Shown here in pieces: positions 59,354 through 64,000 of a stretch of DNA of 64,000 nt. Each line of letters opens with the position of its first letter. The first letter of the stretch is position 1. Where the stretch lies: contig MNEF01000029.1 in the NCBI GenBank assembly GCA_001917535.1, forward strand, positions 13,815-77,814. The letters are read 5' to 3'. The translations under genes were made by a program, and so were the position numbers. Origin of the DNA: Candidatus Rokubacteria bacterium 13_1_40CM_69_27 (lineage in GTDB: Bacteria > Methylomirabilota > Methylomirabilia > Rokubacteriales > CSP1-6). The notes below the pieces were generated by a model that had not been told where the DNA came from, ran no database searches, and was given only the letters and a program-made list of their open reading frames with translations.

Positions 59354-60394
59354 TCACGCTCCCCGGCCCGGGAGGCGGATCGGACGCGAGGCGGCGCGGC
59401 TGAAGCAGCAGTTGGGCACGACGCTCGAGTGCTTGCCGGGCCCGCCGGCCACGACGACGAAGACGTCCTCGGGCGACGGCACGCGCGGGGGCAGCGCGTC
59501 GTCGTCGCGCAACGCCGTCATCCAGGCGGGCCAGTCCTGCATGCCCCACATGCCGCCCAGCTTGAGCGTCCGCAGTGGCAGCCGCGCGTGTTCGTAGACG
59601 AACCGCTGCACGTCCGCGCGCGTCAGACCGTCAGTGGCGATGGTCTGAGCGTGCTCGGGCCCCAGGACGAGCAGGAGCTGACTCTGGGAGAAATACCAGC
59701 CGACATTGGAGCCGAGGGTAACCGCGGTGTGGGCGACGGTGGTGAGGATGCCGGAGGCGGTGGTCGAGCCGTGATCGTTGATGTTGTGCGGCGCCTCGCC
59801 GCCGTACACGGTCACGACATCCCCCTCGTGCAGCGGGCCCCACGGCGAGGCCGCCTCGTTCTCGGCGAGGCAGTAGCTGAACTTGGCGGGGCTGCCCTGC
59901 GTCGCCATGTCGTGCCGGCCCGGCCAGCCGCCCCCGACATTCATGAGGATCAGGCGGATGGCCCGGCCGATGGTGGCATTGACGCGGAAGCCGGGGCCGA
60001 AGCAGCCGCTGCCGCCGTGGAGGCCGATCTCGCGCGCGTAGGGACCGTTGACGATGGTCAGCGGCGCGACCGGATGCGTCGTGGCCTGCACCCCGTAGAG
60101 GTTGAAGGCGGGGTCCAGCATCGCTTCCACCGCGGCGACGATCACGGGGAAGTACTCCGGCCGGCACCCCGCCATCACCGCGTTGATCGCCAGCGTCTCG
60201 AGCCTGGCTTCCCGCCAGAGGGGAGGCATCGCGCCCAGCGAGAACCGCCCGTCGGCGCCGCCCAGCATCGTCCGGACGCGATCCTCGGTGGGGGGCACGA
60301 TCGGCAGCCCGTCGCACCACTCGCGCTCGACGAAAGCCTCGAGAAGGGCCTCCGGCGCGTCCTCGACCTCGAGCTCCCGGGCACCCGCCGTCAT
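59354..60394 (-). CDS. Conserved hypothetical protein coupled to the UGSC selenoprotein
   Basis: DGLPIVPPTEDRV, AINAVMAGCRPEY, QATT, NATIGRA, VVAGGPG; ATG overlaps the upstream TGA. Confidence 0.75.
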   Translation of the reverse strand: MTAGARELEVEDAPEALLEAFVEREWCDGLPIVPPTEDRVRTMLGGADGRFSLGAMPPLWREARLETLAINAVMAGCRPEYFPVIVAAVEAMLDPAFNLYGVQATTHPVAPLTIVNGPYAREIGLHGGSGCFGPGFRVNATIGRAIRLILMNVGGGWPGRHDMATQGSPAKFSYCLAENEAASPWGPLHEGDVVTVYGGEAPHNINDHGSTTASGILTTVAHTAVTLGSNVGWYFSQSQLLLVLGPEHAQTIATDGLTRADVQRFVYEHARLPLRTLKLGGMWGMQDWPAWMTALRDDDALPPRVPSPEDVFVVVAGGPGKHSSVVPNCCFSRAASRPIRLPGRGA

Positions 60395-60924
60395 CAGCGA
60401 CGCCCGAGGAGACTCGTGAGTTGTTCTAGGGCCTGCTGAGCCCGGCGAGCGACCCCTTCGGCGCGCTCGCCGCCGAGCGGGTGCTCGATCACCAGCAGCG
60501 GCAGCCCGGACACGCCGCGGGCGGCGAGTTGGCGTACGGCCAGCCCCTGAAAGGCGGTGGTGGCGATCAGTCCGGGCGGCGTGCCGACCTTGGCCAGCTC
60601 AAGGGCATCGTGGAGACTCCACGACGTGCACGACCCTCAGTCGGCGGAGCCGGCGAAGACCACGTCGCACGCCTTCGCCAGCTCGGCGATCAGCTCGGAC
60701 GACGCGGCCGTGGACGCGTTCGCTTTCCGGCGGTGGACGATCGCTTTGACGCCGTAGCGCTCGCGCAGCAGCTGGCCCATCTCGCCGGCGAGGCGGTCGA
60801 AGTTGGGCTTGGTATTGTCGAGGAAGCCCACGGTGCGGTTCGCGAGGTCCGGCGGGAGCGCGGGAACGGTGACCGTCTCGCTGGACTCGACGCCGACGGG
60901 GCTCAGGACGCGGATGCGTGCCAT
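60394..60924 (-). CDS. UGSC-family selenoprotein (176 aa with Sec read-through at 60637-60639)
   Basis: VFAGSAD-TGA-GSCTSW gives UxxC; the frame stays open for 80 more codons (including VIEHPLGG) and ends overlapping the next start; hairpin follows the UGA. Confidence 0.85.
60603..60636 (-). promoter_or_regulatory. Putative bacterial SECIS element
   Basis: 3' of the UGA: GGGUCGUGCAC-GUCGUGGA-GUC-UCCACGAU-GCCC stem-loop with a G-containing loop about 20 nt from the UGA. Confidence 0.6.
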
Positions 60925-60954
60925 CGGACCCTCCTTCGGGCGCTTTATTCTACT

Positions 60955-61176
60955 TCAGCGGCCGCCGCCTCGCGGGAAACCCTTCGACCGCGCCAGGAGT
61001 CGGCCGAGCGCGTCGTGCACCTCGCTGAGGATGGACCGCTTGACGCGCACGGTGATCGACTCCACCGGCTCAGTGCTGCCGACGCGGTGGATGACCAGCG
61101 TGCCCGTGAACTCCTCGGCGCGCTCGTCGGTCGCGGCCAGCCCGCGCAGCGTGAGAACTTCCCACGTCTCGCCCAT
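60955..61176 (-). CDS. Hypothetical protein (73 aa)
   Basis: Clean ORF, TAAGAT 7 nt upstream of ATG, typical codon usage. Confidence 0.6.
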   Translation of the reverse strand: MGETWEVLTLRGLAATDERAEEFTGTLVIHRVGSTEPVESITVRVKRSILSEVHDALGRLLARSKGFPRGGGR

Positions 61177-61205
61177 GAGCGGTATCTTACCCGAGGCGGC
61201 CTACT

Positions 61206-62651
61206 ATGATCATTGCGCTCGACATCGGCACCTCGTCCGCCCGCGCCGCGGCGTACGACGATGGGGGTCGGCCCCTGCCGGGCCGGTTCCACCGGGTGCG
61301 CTATCGCCCGAGGGTGACGCCCGACGGCGGCGTGGAATACGAGCCCCAGCATCTCTTCGACGCGGTGGTGGCCTGTCTCGACGCCGTCCAGGCGGGAGGC
61401 CGGCCGCCGGAGGTGGAGGGGGTCGGCGTCGCCACCTTCTGGCACGGACTGCTCGGCTTCGACGGCGCCGGCCACACCGTCACGCCCATCTACATGTGGG
61501 CCGACACGCGCAGCGCGCCGGACGCGATGCTGCTGAGGGAAGCGCTGGACGAGAGGGCGGTCCACGCGCGCACCGGCTGCCACCTGCACTCCTCGTACTG
61601 GCCGGCCAAGCTGCGCTGGCTCGTCCGCGAGCGACCCGAGGCGACGGCGCGCGTCGCCCGGTGGGGCTCCTTCGGCGAGTATCTGGAGCTGAACCTCTTC
61701 GGCGAAGCATCCACCAGTGTCTCGATGGCCTCGGCCACGGGGCTGTTCGATCAGCAGGCGCTGCGCTGGGACGCTGAGGCGCTGGCCGCCGCGGAACTCG
61801 ATGAGAGGTGCCTGTTCCCGCTCTGTGACCGCCGCGATGCGCGGCGGGGGTTCCGGCCCCAATGGGCGAAACGCTGGCCCGCCCTGCGGAGCCGGCCCTG
61901 GTTCGCCGCCGTGGGCGACGGGGCGGCCAGCAACATCGGCTCGGACTGCATCGATCCCGGCCGCGTCGCGTTGAACGTGGGGACGTCGGCGGCCCTCCGG
62001 GTGGCCACGACCGCGCCGGGCCGGCCGCCCTGGGGACTCTGGCGCTACCGTGTCGACCGGGGGCTGTCGCTCATCGGCGGGGCCCTCTCCGAGGGCGGCA
62101 ACGTGTACGAGTGGTGCCGTGACGTGCTGCGCCTGCCTGCCGACGAGGAGCTCGAGGCCGCGCTGGCCGCGGCCGCGGCCGACGCGCACGGCCTCACGAT
62201 GCTCCCCTTCGTCGCGGGTGAGCGCGCCCCCGGCTGGCGGGGGGAGCGGCGGGCGGCGCTGACCGGGCTCAGCCTGGACACGACCGCGCTCCAGATCCTG
62301 AAAGTCGCGCTCGAAGCCGTCGCGCTCAGGATCTCGCTGGTCTATGACTTGCTTCGGTCGTGCGCGCCGCCCGACCATCAGATCGTCGCCTCCGGCGGCG
62401 CGATCGCGCGATCGCCGGCCTGGGCGCAGATGATCGCGGACGCGCTGGGTCGTCCCATCACCCTGTCCGGTGAAGAGGAGGCTACGAGCCGCGGCGCCGC
62501 GCTGCTGGCGCTGGAGGCGCTCGGGCGGCTGCCGGATCTCGCGTCCGCGCAGGCGCCGCTGCACCGGACCTTTCACCCCGATGCCGCGCGACACGCGCGC
62601 TATCGTCACGCCCGCGACCGCCAGCGAGGGCTGGACCAGAAGCTCCCGTGA
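61206..62651 (+). CDS. gntK: Gluconokinase (FGGY family)
   Basis: ALDIGTSSARA, WADTRS, SMASATGL, GDGAASNIG, GERAPGW, EATSRGAA. Confidence 0.85.
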   Translation: MIIALDIGTSSARAAAYDDGGRPLPGRFHRVRYRPRVTPDGGVEYEPQHLFDAVVACLDAVQAGGRPPEVEGVGVATFWHGLLGFDGAGHTVTPIYMWADTRSAPDAMLLREALDERAVHARTGCHLHSSYWPAKLRWLVRERPEATARVARWGSFGEYLELNLFGEASTSVSMASATGLFDQQALRWDAEALAAAELDERCLFPLCDRRDARRGFRPQWAKRWPALRSRPWFAAVGDGAASNIGSDCIDPGRVALNVGTSAALRVATTAPGRPPWGLWRYRVDRGLSLIGGALSEGGNVYEWCRDVLRLPADEELEAALAAAAADAHGLTMLPFVAGERAPGWRGERRAALTGLSLDTTALQILKVALEAVALRISLVYDLLRSCAPPDHQIVASGGAIARSPAWAQMIADALGRPITLSGEEEATSRGAALLALEALGRLPDLASAQAPLHRTFHPDAARHARYRHARDRQRGLDQKLP

Positions 62652-62710
62652 GCCGATGGCGGGCATGACGCGGGCGGCGAAACGGTCCGGAGTATGATCT
62701 GGGCATAGCC

Positions 62711-63454
62711 ATGGAGACAAAGACGGACGTCGCGGTGTTTGCCGATCCCGGCGCGCTCGCCGACGCCACGGCGCAGACGATCGTCAGGGAAGCCGCCGCG
62801 GCCGTCGCCGCCCGCGGGCGCTTCCTGGTCGCGCTGGCGGGCGGGGCCACGCCGCGCGAGACGTACGCGCGGCTGGCGCTTCCTCCGCGCAGCGAGGCGA
62901 TGCCGTGGCCGCGAACCTTCGTCTTCTTCGGCGACGAGCGCTGCGTGCCTCCCCAGCATCCGGAATCCAACTACCGCATGGCCCACGAGATGCTGCTCGG
63001 CAAGGTCGCCATCCCGCCTTCCCAGGTTTTTCGCTTGCGCGGTGAAAGCGACGACCCGGAGGCGGCGGCGGCCGAGTACGGGCGCACGCTCGCCGAGGTG
63101 TTCGGCACGCGCCGGGGCGAGATACCGCGCTTCGATCTGATCCTGCTCGGGATGGGTCTCGACGGGCACACGGCCTCCCTCTTCCCGGGCTCGCCGGCGC
63201 TCAAGGAGATCTTCCGCCCGGTGGCCGGCGTCCACGCCGCCGCCGCGGCCATTCCCCAGCGACTCACCCTGACCTTCCCGGTGCTGAACGCGGCGGCCTG
63301 CGTGGTCTTCATCGTGGCGGGCGCAGAGAAGGCCAAGGCGGTGAAGGCAGTGCTCGCCGACGGCGCCATGCTGCCCGCCGGCATGGTGCGGCCGGAGAAT
63401 GGGCGGCTCCTGTGGCTGGTCGATCGCGCAGCTGCCGCGCTGCTCAAGGCCTGA
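62711..63454 (+). CDS. pgl: 6-phosphogluconolactonase
   Basis: ALAGGATP, FGDERCVPPQHPESNY, FDLILLGMGLDGHTASLFP, RLTLT. Confidence 0.93.
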   Translation: METKTDVAVFADPGALADATAQTIVREAAAAVAARGRFLVALAGGATPRETYARLALPPRSEAMPWPRTFVFFGDERCVPPQHPESNYRMAHEMLLGKVAIPPSQVFRLRGESDDPEAAAAEYGRTLAEVFGTRRGEIPRFDLILLGMGLDGHTASLFPGSPALKEIFRPVAGVHAAAAAIPQRLTLTFPVLNAAACVVFIVAGAEKAKAVKAVLADGAMLPAGMVRPENGRLLWLVDRAAAALLKA

Positions 63455-63457
63455 GCG

Positions 63458-64000
63458 ATGCGCATCGCGATCGCCGGCGACCACCACGGCGCGGCCTACA
63501 AGAAGGAGCTCATCCGGGCGCTGACGAGCGAGGGCCATGAGGTGCTGGACCTGGGTCCTTCGTCCACCGACCCCGTCGACTACCCCGACTACGCCCGGGC
63601 GGTGGGGCTGGCGGTCCGCAATGGGCGCGCCGAGCTCGGCGTCCTGATCTGCGGCAGCGGCGCCGGCGTGTCGATCGCCGCGAACAAGATCCACGGCGTG
63701 CGCGCCGCGCTCTGCCATGACCTCTTCACGGCGCGCCAGGCGCGCGAGGATGACGACGCCAATGTCCTCTGCCTGGGCGCGCGGGTGGTGAGCCTCGAGC
63801 TCGCCATGCAGCTGACCCGCGCGTTCGTGGGCGCGCGCTTCTCCGGCGCCCCTCGACACGCCCGCCGGCTGGCCAAGGTGCTGGCGCTGGAGGCGGCCCG
63901 GGGGGACGACGCGGTCGCTGACGCGACGCCCGAGTGGCCGATGGCGCCCGCCGTCACCGCCGCGCTCGAGCGGCTCGAGCGCGCGTCGGTCGGTGCCCGG
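63458..64000 (+). CDS. rpiB: Ribose-5-phosphate isomerase B domain with a C-terminal extension, runs off the right edge
   Basis: Manual translation: MRIAIAGDHHG, VDYPDYA, ICGSGAGVSIAANKIHGVRAA, DANVLCLGAR, RHARRLAKV; no stop afterwards. Confidence 0.88.
   Translation, partial: MRIAIAGDHHGAAYKKELIRALTSEGHEVLDLGPSSTDPVDYPDYARAVGLAVRNGRAELGVLICGSGAGVSIAANKIHGVRAALCHDLFTARQAREDDDANVLCLGARVVSLELAMQLTRAFVGARFSGAPRHARRLAKVLALEAARGDDAVADATPEWPMAPAVTAALERLERASVGAR

Overview
GC-rich bacterial chromosome segment; gene content and repeat style suggest Ca. Rokubacteria/Methylomirabilota (inference only). The core is a ~30 kb membrane-lipid supercluster (8.2-38.5 kb). A leftward hopanoid operon (cruF-like, hpnH, hypothetical, hpnG, hpnA, hpnD, two Zn-dehydrogenases, PagL-like, ispH) diverges from a rightward run. 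That run holds shc, mlaEFD/hpnM, a phosphonate module (PEP mutase-cytidylyltransferase fusion with an atypical catalytic loop, phosphonopyruvate decarboxylase, NTP transferase, CDP-alcohol transferase) and an inositol-lipid-like module (HAD, NTP transferase, ATP-grasp, class III aminotransferase, Gfo/Idh/MocA, second CDP-alcohol transferase, LPG-synthase-TM protein, ino1), closed by an HpnN/MMPL exporter. This suggests an undescribed phosphono/inositol lipid or hopanoid conjugate. Also present: a UGSC selenoprotein missed by the ORF track (UGA plus SECIS-like hairpin); a dispersed palindromic repeat family, one copy translated in frame inside the decarboxylase; a MITE-like element between hpnG and hpnA; a pentamer-repeat frameshift in a molybdopterin enzyme; several deletion remnants; EF-G2; an AOR operon; copCD; and pentose-phosphate genes ending in an extended RpiB. 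No rRNA, tRNA, CRISPR array or transposase was recognised.
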